From: Eledone cirrhosa
Taxonomy: Eukaryota
DNA: 64,000 nucleotides
Direction: 5' to 3'
NCBI GenBank assembly: GCA_964016885.1
Contig: OZ024756.1
Location: 16,988,001-17,052,000, forward strand
Both the position numbers and the translations under genes were made by a program. Shown in pieces: positions 1 through 12,618 of the stretch. The notes beneath the pieces were generated by a model. The model saw nothing but the letters and a program-made list of their open reading frames with translations. It searched no databases and had not been told where the DNA came from. Positions within the stretch are counted from its first letter, which is position 1. Each line of letters starts with the position of its first letter.

Positions 1-74
1 ATATATATATATATATATATATATATGAGTGTATGTGAGTGTGTGTGTGTATATATATGATATATATATGTTGT

Positions 75-835
75 TCTTTGGGATTCATAGACAACCACAA
101 CTTCAATGTTGGGTGGAGTATTTTTGGCTGTGGGTTCAGAAGTGACTGGAAACCATTACTCCACATGTGAGTAAGTGCTGCATTGGAAGTGGATTTTGCT
201 TGTGCCCTCAGTGCATAGCATCTCCTCTGAGCATCTGTAAAGCATCTGCTTTCGGCTGCACATGTTCCCCCGAAGACCTTGTTTCAGCAGGCTGCATGTT
301 GCAGAGCAAATGCTTCCCAATTACTGGGATTGATGTAGAGGTTTTTTGACGGACACATTTAGACTGACTTAGAAACGTCTCCTTTGTCCACTGACCAAGT
401 GCTTGCCTTTATCTTAGCTCGCCATACCATAGGTATTTTGATAGTCTGCTGTTTTTAGAAACACCTCTTTTGTCCACTGACTGAGTGCTTGCTGTTGCCT
501 TTGCTCTCCATACTGTTGGTATTTTGATAGTCTACTTTCGTTAGAAACATTTCTTCTGTCCACAGAATGAGTGCCTGCACTTGGATTAGCTCTCCATACT
601 GTAGATATTGTGATAGTCTACTGTCTGACTTCCTGATAACATGACTTGTCCATTGATTTGGGCCTAGTGTATGACAGTGTGGACACTGTAGGTTCTTGGT
701 AGTCTTGTCAGACATCCTAACACCATGACATGTCCATCTGACTTGGATCTTCTCTATGATGCTGTGGACACTGTGGGTACAAGCCCGTTTCACGACCTGC
801 TTAGTAGTGAGGCTGAATCCTCTTCGATTATACAT
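75..835 (-). mobile_element. Decayed RTE-clade (BovB-like) LINE, 3' fragment with internal tandem duplications
   Basis: ORF 455-835 contains RWTCHGVRMSD, WTSHVIRKSDSRL, LQYGEL and SGQKRCF, matching the RTE ORF2 C-terminal consensus RWxGHVxRMxDxR-PK-LxYGEL-GGQxKR; stops and frameshifts present. Confidence 0.7.
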
Positions 836-1251
836 ATGTTTTTTTCAATTTTTTCTTAGATTTCTCAATGAGAGATTCTATTATTATTATTATTATTATT
901 ATTATTAAAATTCACAATACATACACATATACAGACACGCGCATCATTAACCAGTAAATGTATATAAAATAGCATAATCCCAAATATATTTATCATTAGT
1001 ATCATTATTATTGTTGTTGTTGCTATCATCATCATCATTATCATCATTTTCATTTTCATTTGAATATCATCCTTTGACTCACTCCCTAGCAATAACATAT
1101 TATTTCCATTCCCCTCCATGGGCAAAAGCAACATGCCCCTCCACCCCCACCCCCCAAAAGGAATAAAAACATTAAGAAATCTCCAGTATGACTGAAACCA
1201 GCGAAAGAATAAAAGAATATATATATATGTGTGTGTGTATATGTGAGTGTT

Positions 1252-1284
<33 letters not shown>

Positions 1285-1562
1285 CATATATATATCATAT
1301 ATATATATATATATTTGATGGCTTATAAAGTGTACTCCATGCCCCCACACTACAAAACAAAAATCAAAAAAAATCAATTGCCCCCAGAATATGAGCCTGC
1401 ATGCTTTATAAACACAAATTGAGGGTTTGGGTTGGTTACTAGCAAGTGACCTTTCAAAAAAGGGGCCTGCAAAATTTGTTTAGGTGCACCCTCAAATACA
1501 GTGTGTGTGTATGTTTGCGTAATATAATATGTATATATATTTGTGTGTAATACATATGTATA

Positions 1563-1625
<63 letters not shown>

Positions 1626-2057
1626 GTGGCTATGTAATATATATGTATATATATATGTGTGTATGTAATATATATGTGTGTGTGTGTTAACTGATAAATC
1701 TCAAATCCGATGAAAGGTGGGGGGTTGGAAAGTGAATACCATTAATAATTCTTGATATTTTTTGTTATTTTTGTTTCTCTTTTGTTTGTTTCCAGAGAAT
1801 GTTTCCTGCCAGTAAACGGTGCCACTGACCATTTTATTTCATCAACCAAACCATTAAATATATTATAGGATGAAAAAAAGTCAACAGTTTTCACAGTAGA
1901 TAAAAAAAAACACTCAACACAGAGATTTTTTTTTTTTTAGAAACAATAACAACCACCAAAATAAACAATTACTATATCAGAGGGACTGATTCTTCCAAAA
2001 CAATTAAGAAAAAGGAAAAAAAAAGATAATCATGATAAAAAGAAAAAAAAAAATTGG

Positions 2058-4069
2058 TTAATTTATTTCTGCCAAATCTTGAAAATCTGAGCTTGCAGGT
2101 GATGGACACATTGGAAATTCCTCGGGATCAAGATAATTGCAGTCATTTCCTTGTATAAGGACAGTAACACTGGTACCACCTACGTTGACACCGTGGTGAC
2201 GAAGATGGGCTTTTAAAGAGTTTGAATGACGGAAACGCTTGTCGCAGTGAGTGCAGGGATATGGGAAGGAGTTTTCATGGATTCGCTTGTGTCGTCGTAG
2301 ATTTCGGTGGTCGCTAAACCTCGCACCGCAGTCTGAACAAGCATGAGGTTTTTCACCGAGGTGTATACGTCTATGGGATTTCATTGAGCCCAGGTGGTTG
2401 AAAGTCTGACCACAAAGGTCACACAAGTACCCTTGCATCTGATAACAGCTCTTTATATGACTGTGCAGTCCACCGGCCTGAGAAAAAGTACGACCACATC
2501 TATTACAGATAAAACCTTTCACATCACTGTGAATGTGGCGATGGTCTGTGAGGTAGGCCAGTTTGGCGGCCTGGAAATTGCAACCTGATGCATCGCATTT
2601 AAATGGACGATTGTCCTGATGCTCGCTTCTGTTATGTTCTATGAAATCACGTTGTGTCTGAGAAACTTTATTGCAGTAGCTGCAGGTATATTGATTTTCT
2701 GCTGTATGCCCACGAATGTGGCGAGTGTAATCACACAAGCGGGCATAATTCATGCCACAAACGTGACACTTATGAATTATGCCTTGCTCGTGTGAATTTA
2801 CGTGTTTAGAAAGAGCTTTTTCATCGGCAAAAGATCGTGGACATTTTGGACATTGTACAGCTCGTCGCTTGCGTCGATACCCTCCATCAAATGTTTCTGA
2901 CGGGACAATTCTCATCTCGTCTAAATCAATCTCAACACTGCCTTTTGGGACTTTCTGTGGACGGGCAGCTTTGCGTTTGGATAACGGCAACGAGTCTTCG
3001 TAACAAGCCACTTTCTTACCTTCAACCTGACTCCCATCTTTGTTGACATAAATCACATCTCGGTAGACCTTTTTGCGGTCCTGATGACAACCACCTGTTT
3101 TAGTCGTCCTCAGTTTCACTTTCATCAAAGAACTCTTTCCATTGTTTTTACTGCTGTTGTTGTTACTGTTGGAATCATTACTGCTGGAAAGGTGTTGTAG
3201 GGACGGCAACGCATGCAGTACTGTCTCCGCTTGTTTCTTTGTTTTCGCAAATATAGAAAATACCTTGGAATTCTTACCATATTCCACACTTGATTGCTGC
3301 AAGTAGTTGCTTAGAGTTGGAAATTTGTAATTCCTTGTTTCATTTGAAGAGCCAGAGTCTGTTGCAAAGGATGCATTGCTAACACTGGAAGCAGAACCTG
3401 AATTGTTTGAGTCTGGAGAGAAAACAGAATTGCAATCTAGACTTGGTGATGATGAAGAAGATACAACATTTTCCTGGTGGAGTCCCATAATTACCCACAG
3501 ATAGTTGTTGATGTAGTCGGAAAGAGAGAGGGAAGAGTTGTTGTATTTTGGTGGGGAATTCTGTGTAGTAGAAATCTTGGCAACTTTAGTGTTGTTTGGT
3601 GCTTCGGAGTTCTTTGACAATGAATTTGGTAATGTAACAGAAGATGGGCAAGAAAATGAGTGTGATGATAATAATTCGGATGATTTGAGATAGTCTTCAC
3701 AGACGATACCAATTTCCTTGATGCCCAAATGATGGGAAAGTTGTTGGAGTTCTGAAACCAGTTTACGCGGACATTTCAGGATTCCAGTGTAAAGGAACCC
3801 AACCAGGATTACTGTAGTGTCGTAGGAATAATCAGAGAGGTCAATACGATACTTCCCTGTCAATTCCTCAAGTTTGGCAAGATTAGCAAAATGAGAACAG
3901 AAAATAGAAAAGATTGTCGTGTGGATGTACAAATTAGGGTAGCCGGCATCAAACTGAAGAATTAAGTTACAGAATCGATTCTGTTTTTGCTGAAGCCACA
4001 AGCCATCCCACAATCGTTTGATGTATCCTTCGTATTTATAGTAGACATCTTCATTGAAAGAGGAGTTAG
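2058..4069 (-). CDS. BTB-zinc finger (ZBTB-like) transcription factor, terminal exon: second BTB domain, Ser/Asn-rich linker, 8 zinc fingers
   Basis: BTB motifs (LQQKQNRFCNLIL, IHTTIFSIFCSHF, LVGFLYTGIL, LGIKEIGIVC). Seven C2H2 fingers plus one C2HC finger at about 2193-2852, with HLGEKPHAC linker. Acceptor tttttgttttaattgcag|CT at 4070/4069 is phase 1 and matches the upstream exon. Stop TAA at 2058-2060. Confidence 0.93.
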
Positions 4070-4140
4070 CTGCAATTAAAACAAAAACAGATATTTTGTC
4101 AGTGAAAGTAGGAATGGCGGAAGCAAAATGGCTCATGACG

Positions 4141-4505
4141 GCTACCCTAGAATTACAAACTACCCTAATATTACAAACTACTCTAATATTACAAACTCCC
4201 CTAATATTGCTAACTGGGTCAACAAAGAGGTTAATATTACCAAAATGAGGTATATATTAAAAACTAGGTCACACTGAAGTATATATTCAAAACAAGGTCA
4301 AGAATGAGGTATAAATCACAAACTGAGTCAACAATGAGGTTAATATCACAAACTGGGTCAACACTGATGTATATATTACAAACAGGGTCGACACAGAATT
4401 GTATCTTAAAAACTGGGTCAACAATGATTTATGTATTACAAATTGGGTCAACATTACAAATTAGGTCAATAATAATTTATATATTACTAACTGGGTCAAC
4501 AATGG
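4141..4505. repeat. Diverged intronic minisatellite (about 18-bp then about 33-bp units)
   Basis: Repeats of attacaaactaccctaat and atattacaaactgggtcaacaatga-like units. Confidence 0.75.
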
Positions 4506-4748
4506 AATTTGTGACTGTGTGTGCCATTTACATTTGTTGTTGCTGCCAGTCTTGGAAGAGAGAGAGAGGAAAAGCGTGTGTATGTGTGTTAGAAAGAATG
4601 TGTGTGTGTGTGTGTATGTTAGAAAGAATGTGTGTGTGTGTGTTAGAAAGAATGTAAATGTGTGTGTAAGTGTGAGAAAGACTGTAAGCGTGTATATGTG
4701 AGTTAGCTAGACTGTGTATGTGTGAGTTCAAAGGAATGTCTGTCTGTC

Positions 4749-4841
<93 letters not shown>

Positions 4842-4848
4842 CACTTAC

Positions 4849-4999
4849 ATTTGTTGTTGTTCCTGCCTGCCTTGGAAGCTGGGAGTGGAGAAGGAGCAAG
4901 GGGAGGAGAATCCTTCTGGTGAAGTTCAGACTTTTTCGACGACTTGGAAGTGAGGACGGCTTCAGGGAAGACAACTTCTGCTTCATAGGAGGCCAATCT
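4849..4999 (-). CDS. BTB-ZF gene, internal 151-nt linker exon (RLASYEAEVVFPE...GRNNNK)
   Basis: Acceptor tttcttgtgttctgtattacag|AGA and donor AAAT|gtaagt. Phase 0 in and phase 1 out bridge the flanking exons with no stop codon. Confidence 0.85.
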
Positions 5000-5289
5000 C
5001 TGTAATACAGAACACAAGAAATACAAATATTAACACCATAACCACAATATCTTTATCATTGCTGTCACCATCATCACCACCTTTGTCCTCACCACCATTA
5101 CTATCATCATCATCACTGTTACCAGCATCACCAAAATCTTCACTGTCATCATCATCATCATCATTATCATCGCTGTCACTACTAGCATCATTATCATCAA
5201 CATCACTACACTCACAGAAGACCTGAAGAAGATGGAGGACTACTACTCCCACTGATGCCTTCAGTCCAACCCAAGCAAGAGCCCTGTGA

Positions 5290-6200
5290 CAGCCTTCCAT
5301 CTCAGCTCCAGACAAGCTAGGATGGAACTCAAGGCCTCCTTCTGTGGTAGACCTGGCAAAAATGAATTACACCCAAAATATCTTGGTGTAACATCGGATC
5401 GCAGCCTGACCTACCAAGAACACCTAAAGAGAGTTGTTGGAAAGCTCAAGACCAGGATTAATATCATTCGCAAGCTGACAGGAAACAGCCGGGCATCTGA
5501 TGCACACACACACTCAGAACTGCATGCTTAGCACTTTCATAATCAGTTGCAGAGTACTGTTCACCAAGTCTGGGCAGGGAGCTGCCATGCCAAGCAAGCT
5601 GACACCATCCTCAACTCAGCAATGAGAATAGTATCTGGCACACTGAAACCTACACCTACTCAGTGGTTGCCTATCCTTTCTCACATAGCTCCTTCCCACA
5701 TGCAGCATCAGATGATCCATGAAGCAGCACTTCCTTCTTTCCAAGTCCACACCCAACCTTCCGACCCATAAACATCTGGAAAACCTTCCCAACATGTGCT
5801 TGAAATCACGCAAACCATTCTGGGAATCAACAAAGAGCTTTCAAGACAACTTAGATCTGAAGGAAGAGTGGTGAAGATCCTGGAATGAGTCCAAATTTGC
5901 CAACCAGGACCTCATCCAGTATCCCACATTTAAACCAGCTGGCTTTGACCTTCCCAGAAAGCAATGGGTATCCTCCCTTAATCAGATCTGCACAACACAT
6001 GCCAGGACAGCCATCATCTCCATTGATGGAAAATGAAAGACAGTCCAGCATGTGACTGTGGGGACCCTGACCAGACAGTACTGCATGTTATTCAGGATTG
6101 CCCCCTCAGACCTGGAGGCAATCCATAATACTACAAATGGCACCTTAATCTGGCTCATCAATCTCAATCTGCCCCTCTAACTATTGTGTGTATGTCATAT
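5290..6200 (+). mobile_element. Decayed Ingi/Vingi-like (I-group) LINE, ORF 3' part
   Basis: PKYLGVTSDRSLTYQEHL-KLKTRINIIRKLTG; VWAGSCHAKQADTILNSAMRIVSGTLKPTPTQWLPILSHIAP; frameshifted. Confidence 0.7.
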
Positions 6201-6214
6201 GACAAGACAAAGAA

Positions 6215-8020
6215 TCACCACCACCATCACTGTTACCATCTATGTCACCGCCACCACTATTATCATCATCATCACTGTCACCTTTTTTATCATCACCATT
6301 ATCACAACCACCACAATAACAACAGCAACGACAGTAACATCACAAAAATGACAATTATAATGACGACAACAACAACAACATCATCACCACTACAACAACA
6401 ACAGCGGCAACAACGACAACAAAAACAACATCATCATCATCACCACTACAACAACAGCGACAACAACGACAACAAAAACATCATCACCACTACAACAACA
6501 ACAGCGGCAACAACGACAACAAAAACAACATCATCATCACCACTACAACAACAACAGCGACAACAACGACAACAAAAACAACATCATCATCACCACTACA
6601 ACAACAACATCATCATCACCACTACAACAACAGCGACAACAACGACAACAAAAACAACATCATCATCACCACTACAACAACAGCGACAACAACGACAACA
6701 AAAACAACATCATCATCACCACTACAACAACAACAACAGCGGCAACAACGACAACAAAAACAACATCATCATCACCACTACAACAACAACAGCAGCAACA
6801 ACGACAACAAAAACAACATCATCATCACTACAACAACAACAACATCATCATCACCACTACAACAACAACAGCAGCAACAACGACAACAAAAACAACATCA
6901 TCACCACAACAAAAACATCATCATCACCACTACAACAACGACAACAAAAACAACATCATCATCACCACTACAACAACAACAACAGCGGCAACAACGACAA
7001 CAAAAACAACATCATCATCACCACTACAACAACAACAGCAGCAACAACGACAACAAAAACAACATCATCATCACTACAACAACAACAACATCATCATCAC
7101 CACTACAACAACAACAGCAGCAACAACGACAACAAAAACAACATCATCATCACCACAACAAAAACATCATCATCACCACTACAACAACGACAACAAAAAC
7201 AACATCATCATCACCACTACAACAACAACAACAGCGGCAACAACGACAACAAAAACAACATCATCATCACCACTACAACAACAACAGCAGCAACAACGAC
7301 AACAAAAACAACATCATCATCACCACAACAAAAACATCATCATCACCACTACAACAACGACAACAAAAACAACATCATCATCACCACTACAACAACAACA
7401 ACAGCGGCAACAACGACAACAAAAACAACATCATCATCACCACTACAACAACAACAGCAGCAACAACGACAACAAAAACAACATCATCATCACCACTACA
7501 ACAACAACAGCAGCAACAACGACAACAAAAACAACATCATCATCACCACTACAACAACAACAACAGCGGCAACAACGACAACAAAAACAACATCATCATC
7601 ACCACTACAACAACAACAGCAGCAACAACGACAACAAAAACAACATCATCATCACTACTACAACAACAACATCATCATCACCACTACAACAACAACAGCA
7701 GCAACAACGACAACAAAAACAACATCATCACCACAACAAAAACATCATCATCACCACTACAACAACGACAACAAAAACATCATCATCATCACCACTACAA
7801 CAACAACATCATCATCACCACTACAACAACGACAACAAAAACAACATCATCATCACCACTACAAAAACAACATCATCATCATCACCACTACAACAACAAC
7901 AACAACAAAAACAACATCATCATCACCACTACAACAACAGTTGCAACAACAACAACAACAGCAACAACAGCAACAACGGCGACGACGACGACGACGACAA
8001 CAATAACATCAACAACAATA
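6215..8020. repeat. Compound CAA/CAT/CAC trinucleotide minisatellite (intronic)
   Basis: Recurring modules such as aacaacatcatcatcaccactacaacaac and gcaacaacgacaacaaaaac. It runs up to the splice donor at 8025. Confidence 0.9.
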
Positions 8021-8025
8021 CTTAC

Positions 8026-8537
8026 ATCACAATCAGCATGTTTCTGCTTCGGTTTATCAGTGCTGCTAGCTTTCTGTTCACGATTCAACTTGTTACAGAT
8101 GCTGACCACCTCCTCGAGACCGAGGTAGCGGGCAAAACGTTTCAAATCGAGCAGGAGCTTAGCAGAACATTTCACAACTCCAGTGTAGAGGAATGTCATG
8201 GCTACGAGGACCGTTTCTTCATTGAAGTCTTTCACATCCAAATAATACCTGGCAGCTTTTTCATCAAAACTGACCATATCGTAGAATTTGAAACAGAAAT
8301 TGTCGAACATACAAGCGTGTGCATGAAGCTGCGCTGCCGGTTTCTTCTTGATTGTGTGTTGTTGCAGTATGTTGCCGTTGGTTTCTGCGGTGCGACACTG
8401 CAACATGAGGAAGCAGTGAGTGCCTTCCTCCTGTTGCTCTCGGATGCTGCGCTGTACGTGGCGGATGTAGTTGTCGTAGATGTGGAATAAATCTTCCGAG
8501 GAGGACAACGGACGCGACAAACACAATTCAGCTTCCT
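8026..8537 (-). CDS. BTB-ZF gene, exon encoding the first BTB domain
   Basis: ORF 7888-8526 contains IREQQEEGTHCFLML, LHAHACMFDNFCFKF, VAMTFLYTGVV and ARYLGLEEVVSIC. Acceptor ctttatttttttcag|AG (phase 1) and donor GAT|gtaagt (phase 0). An unlocated upstream coding exon is likely needed. Confidence 0.88.
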
Positions 8538-8671
8538 CTGAAAAAAATAAAGATAAATAAATATATAAATAAAAACAATCTAAACTATAATAAAGGAAGG
8601 TCTGCGGGACTGCGTATGGTTTTTTTTTTTATCCCGTTAGTAAAATAAGTTGGATTACATTGAATAAATAA

Positions 8672-8900
8672 TTGTTTCAACTTTTGGCACAAGGCCAGCA
8701 ATTATCCCAGGATGAAAGGCAAAGTTAACTTCGACGGGATTTGAACTCAGAACGTAAAGGGACGTAACTATGCTAGTAAACATGTCTGACCCTCTACCGA
8801 TAATAATAATTCTTTCTACTTTAGGCACAAGGCCATCAATTTAAAGGGGAGGGGAATGTTGATTAAATTGCCCCCAGTACTTACTGGTACTTTATTTTAT
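8672..8900 (-). mobile_element. tRNA-derived SINE family A (two partial copies)
   Basis: aattgtttc...ggcacaaggccagc...ggatgaaaggcaaagttaac...gggatttgaactcag (reverse B-box); the same sequence recurs about 20 times in the window. Confidence 0.8.
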
Positions 8901-8979
8901 ACTGTATATATATATATATATACACACACATGCATATATATATATATATACACAGTACAATATATATATATATATATAT

Positions 8980-9515
8980 ACAGTACAATAACTAGGGTAA
9001 GAACGAGATGGAAGAAGTTTAGGGAACTACTACCACTGCTAGCTGCAAAAGGGTTCTCCCTCAGAATGAAAGGCAGACTGTATGATGCGGGTATCCGAAC
9101 AGCGATGTTGCATGGTAGTGAGACCTGGGCGCTGAAGGTGGAAGACTTACGTAGATTAGAGAGAAACGAAGCCTGCATGCTCCGATGGATGTGTAACAGT
9201 AATATACGTGAACGACAAAGCATAAATGAATTGAGAGAGGGACTGAGCATAAGAGGAATCAAATGCTGTGTGCAGGAGAGGCGGTTGCGCTGGTATGGAC
9301 ATGTGATGCGTATGAAGGATGACAGCTGCATAAAAAGGTGCAGAGCACTAGAAGTTGATGGAAACCGCGGAGTGGGGAGACCCAAGATGACCTGGGATGA
9401 GGTGATAAAAGCCGACCTTACCCAATTACACCTCTCAAAGACAATGACACACGACCGTGACTTCTGGCGTCACGCAGTAATACAGAGTACCCGACCTCCC
9501 ATGGGTACAAGCTGA
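8980..9515 (+). mobile_element. RTE-clade LINE, 3' fragment
   Basis: RVRTRWKKFRELLPLL-KGRLYDA-MLHGSETWAL-MLRWMC-ERRLRWYGHVMRM-GRPKMTW. Confidence 0.9.
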
Positions 9516-9815
9516 AGCATATAGACAATATGCCCCCACACCCCCCACCGCAAGGTGGTCGTGGAGGTGCCACGGCAAAAAAGCACCCAGCCCACACTGT
9601 AAAGTAGACGTGTAGGCGCCACGAAAAAGCACCCAGCACTCACTGTAAATGAGGTTGGTGTTAGGAAGGGCATCCAGCTGTAGAAATCAAGCCAGATCAG
9701 TTCCTGTATGAGCAAGGCATGGTCAGCCGACCAGACACTGCACACAACAGGACAACCCGTCTAACCCATGCTAGCGTGGAAGAACGGACGTAAAACGGTG
9801 ATGATGATGATGATG
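9516..9815 (+). mobile_element. SINE with RTE-type (GAT)n tail
   Basis: ggttggtgttaggaagggcatccagctgtagaaa...ggacgtaaaacggtgatgatgatg; related copies at about 18050-18405, 26760-27070 and 54845-55120. Confidence 0.75.
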
Positions 9816-10834
9816 ACAGAGTCGCACGAACATCTAAAAATAGTAGCAAAATCATCTCTGACAGCTTATTAATTTAAGATTTAAAAAAATATGGGAAAGA
9901 CACACTGAATAATAACACTGTAATACATCTCCAGCAGACCTATATATAATGAGTTTGTAAAATAGACAAGATGGTCACGGTTGGAAAGTGTTTCACCGTA
10001 AATCCGGTATCTCCGAGTCATGTGTGACCACAACATAAACAGCAGCATGCACAATCTATATATAAATTTCTGCGATTCTGTAACAACACGTAAAGAAAGA
10101 GGAGTAGTTTGACTACCTCATGCTACTCCTCTCCTTTTACGTCTGCTGCCTACGTGAATGTATGTGTATGTTAAAGGAACGAAGGGGATGGTGAAAAGAC
10201 AACGCTGTGTGAGTGTGTATGTGTGCGTTTGTGTAAATGTGTGTGTGTTTGTGCAAATGTATGCGTGTTTGTGAATATATGTCTGTGAGTGTGTATTTTT
10301 CTGTGTCTGTGCGTTTATAGTTTATATTTATATACACATAAATGTATGCATATGCACATACATACATGCACACACATATACACATACGCTTTAGCGTATG
10401 GAAAAAATTCTAGTTACAGTAAAATGGTAAGCGTAAACAAAGGGCAGATTATTAAAGATTGACGGAGTTGCCTCCCTTCGTTTTGAGAGCGGGAGCATCA
10501 GTCGTAATAAGTTTCTACACACTTTATACAACATAAACACAAAAAATAAAAGAATTGTTTTATGAGAAATTAAATATTTTCATAATATCGCTACCCCAAT
10601 GATGCGGAGCCCGGCTGTGTGGAGGAAGAGATCTCTAGTGTGTGGGAGAGCAAGCGCAGGCCGTCTCGTAGTCCCAGCGAACAGAGTGGATAACATCTTT
10701 CCATCAATGAAAGAATAAAACACACCTAAGTCACTGTTAGTTACCTCCCTTGTTCCACTAAGTCGTATATTCTATCAATGGAAAACATCTCGTAACTGTT
10801 GATATTTTGTTCGGTTATTTTTACTATAAGCGTC

Positions 10835-10880
<46 letters not shown>

Positions 10881-10929
10881 CAGCAAGATTAGTTGTTTCT
10901 ACACATACTTACATAATATCAATATCCCA

Positions 10930-11110
10930 ATAATTGTTTCTACATTTGGCACAAGGCCAGTGTATTACTGGTACTTTATTTTATCGACCCCGAAAGGATG
11001 AAAGGCAAAGTTAACCTCGGCGCGATTTGAACTCAGAATGGCAAGGACCGTAACTCTATGCGTCAAAGCATGGCGTCCAACCCTCTACCGATACTGCCAA
11101 TCCTCCGCCC
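10930..11110 (-). mobile_element. SINE family A
   Basis: Near-full copy; others at about 12100-12290, 12905-13095, 41860-41950, 45480-45620, 52838-53020 and 54346-54540 (all -), and 22130-22250 and 53835-54012 (+). Confidence 0.85.
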
Positions 11111-12370
11111 TTTATCAATACCCCAATAATGCGAGCCCAAGCTGTGAGGATGAAGGGTTCTCTAATGTGTTGGAGAGCATGTGCAGACCGTCTCGTAATC
11201 CCAACGGACAGAGTGGATAAAATATTGCCCCGGAATCTGGCGAGAGAGACGGTTGTAATAGGCCTCCTCCTATCAATGAAAGAATAAGACAATACACACA
11301 CACACACACACACCTAAGTCACTGTTAGTTACTTCCCTTGTTCTACTAAGTCATATGGAAAACAACTCGCAAACTGCTGATATTTTGTTTAGACAATTTA
11401 GCCTTCGGTTATTTTTACTATAACAGAACAACATATTCCAGGATCTCTAGTTAAAAATATTTCTTTCTAGCCTTTCGTCCAAATTTAGAAGATTTAGGAA
11501 TTCTTCGCAATACTATAAAATAAGCCCTAGCCAAATGTGGGTTTAGAAAAGAAAAAAATAAATCATTTATCTTCAACACTCCACCTAGAGCCCAATGTGA
11601 AGATGTGTGGCTTAGTGGTTAGAATGTTAGTTTCGATGCCTGGACTGGGTTGTTTGTTGGTGTTCTTGAATAAAACACTTCATTTCACGTTGCTCCAGTA
11701 TACTCAGTTGAAAATGAGTACCGGTAGTAGCTGGGGGTTTAACCCTGCGATAGACTGACGTCCTGTCCAATGGGTAATCGTGTACTCTGTCACTTAACGC
11801 TGAGGAAACTGGGATAAGTACTGGTCAAATGACCCTCCGGACTTGAGACAGACTTTTAACTAAAACCCAAAACACGCATACACAGGAGACTCACAATTAT
11901 ACATATAAGTGCCGTGGCGTTGTTGGACCTCCGTCGTTTCCAATATATATATATTGCCATAAGTTATTGTTTTGTCTAGTTTCTTACTCCACTGGACAGC
12001 GCTTTGGCTTGTGTAAGATGCTGTGACCCCGGGTGGACCAGTACCGTTGGTATGGATCGAAACTGTCCAAGTCCATCTCAACGGCCGATTGGTTTCTGAT
12101 TTTGGCACAAAGCCAGCAATTTTGTGGGAAGGAGAAAGCTAATTAAATCGACCCCAATGCATTACTGGTGCTTTATTTTATCGACCCCGTAAGGATGAAA
12201 GGCAAAGCTAACTCTAGCGGGATTTGGACCAAGAACGTAAAGACCCACAACTCTATGCTGCAAAGCATGTTGTCTGACGCCCTACCGATAATGTTGGTCA
12301 CTATAAATAATATTTCGGAGAATCATGTAATGTACCCCTGGAGATAGAAGATGTATATATATATATATAT

Positions 12371-12381
12371 ATTGTTCCCGT

Positions 12382-12439
<58 letters not shown>

Positions 12440-12444
12440 CCCGT

Positions 12445-12508
<64 letters not shown>

Positions 12509-12559
12509 CCCGTCTAACTTTTAACTATATATATATATATATTGTTCCCGTCTAACTTT

Positions 12560-12618
<59 letters not shown>

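Noticed and set aside
4070-4136. ATG at 4136 as the start of a single-exon 692-aa gene
   Set aside because: This stretch contains a strong polypyrimidine tract and acceptor whose phase matches the upstream exon, so it is most likely intron.
6186-8006. 606-aa His/Gln/Thr/Asn-rich ORF
   Set aside because: It is a translation of a T-poor trinucleotide repeat, antisense within an intron; stop codons are absent for compositional reasons.
10114-10122. let-7 seed-like TGAGGTAGT on the minus strand in a hairpin loop
   Set aside because: Only 9 nt match, it lies in the loop, and the rest is unlike let-7.
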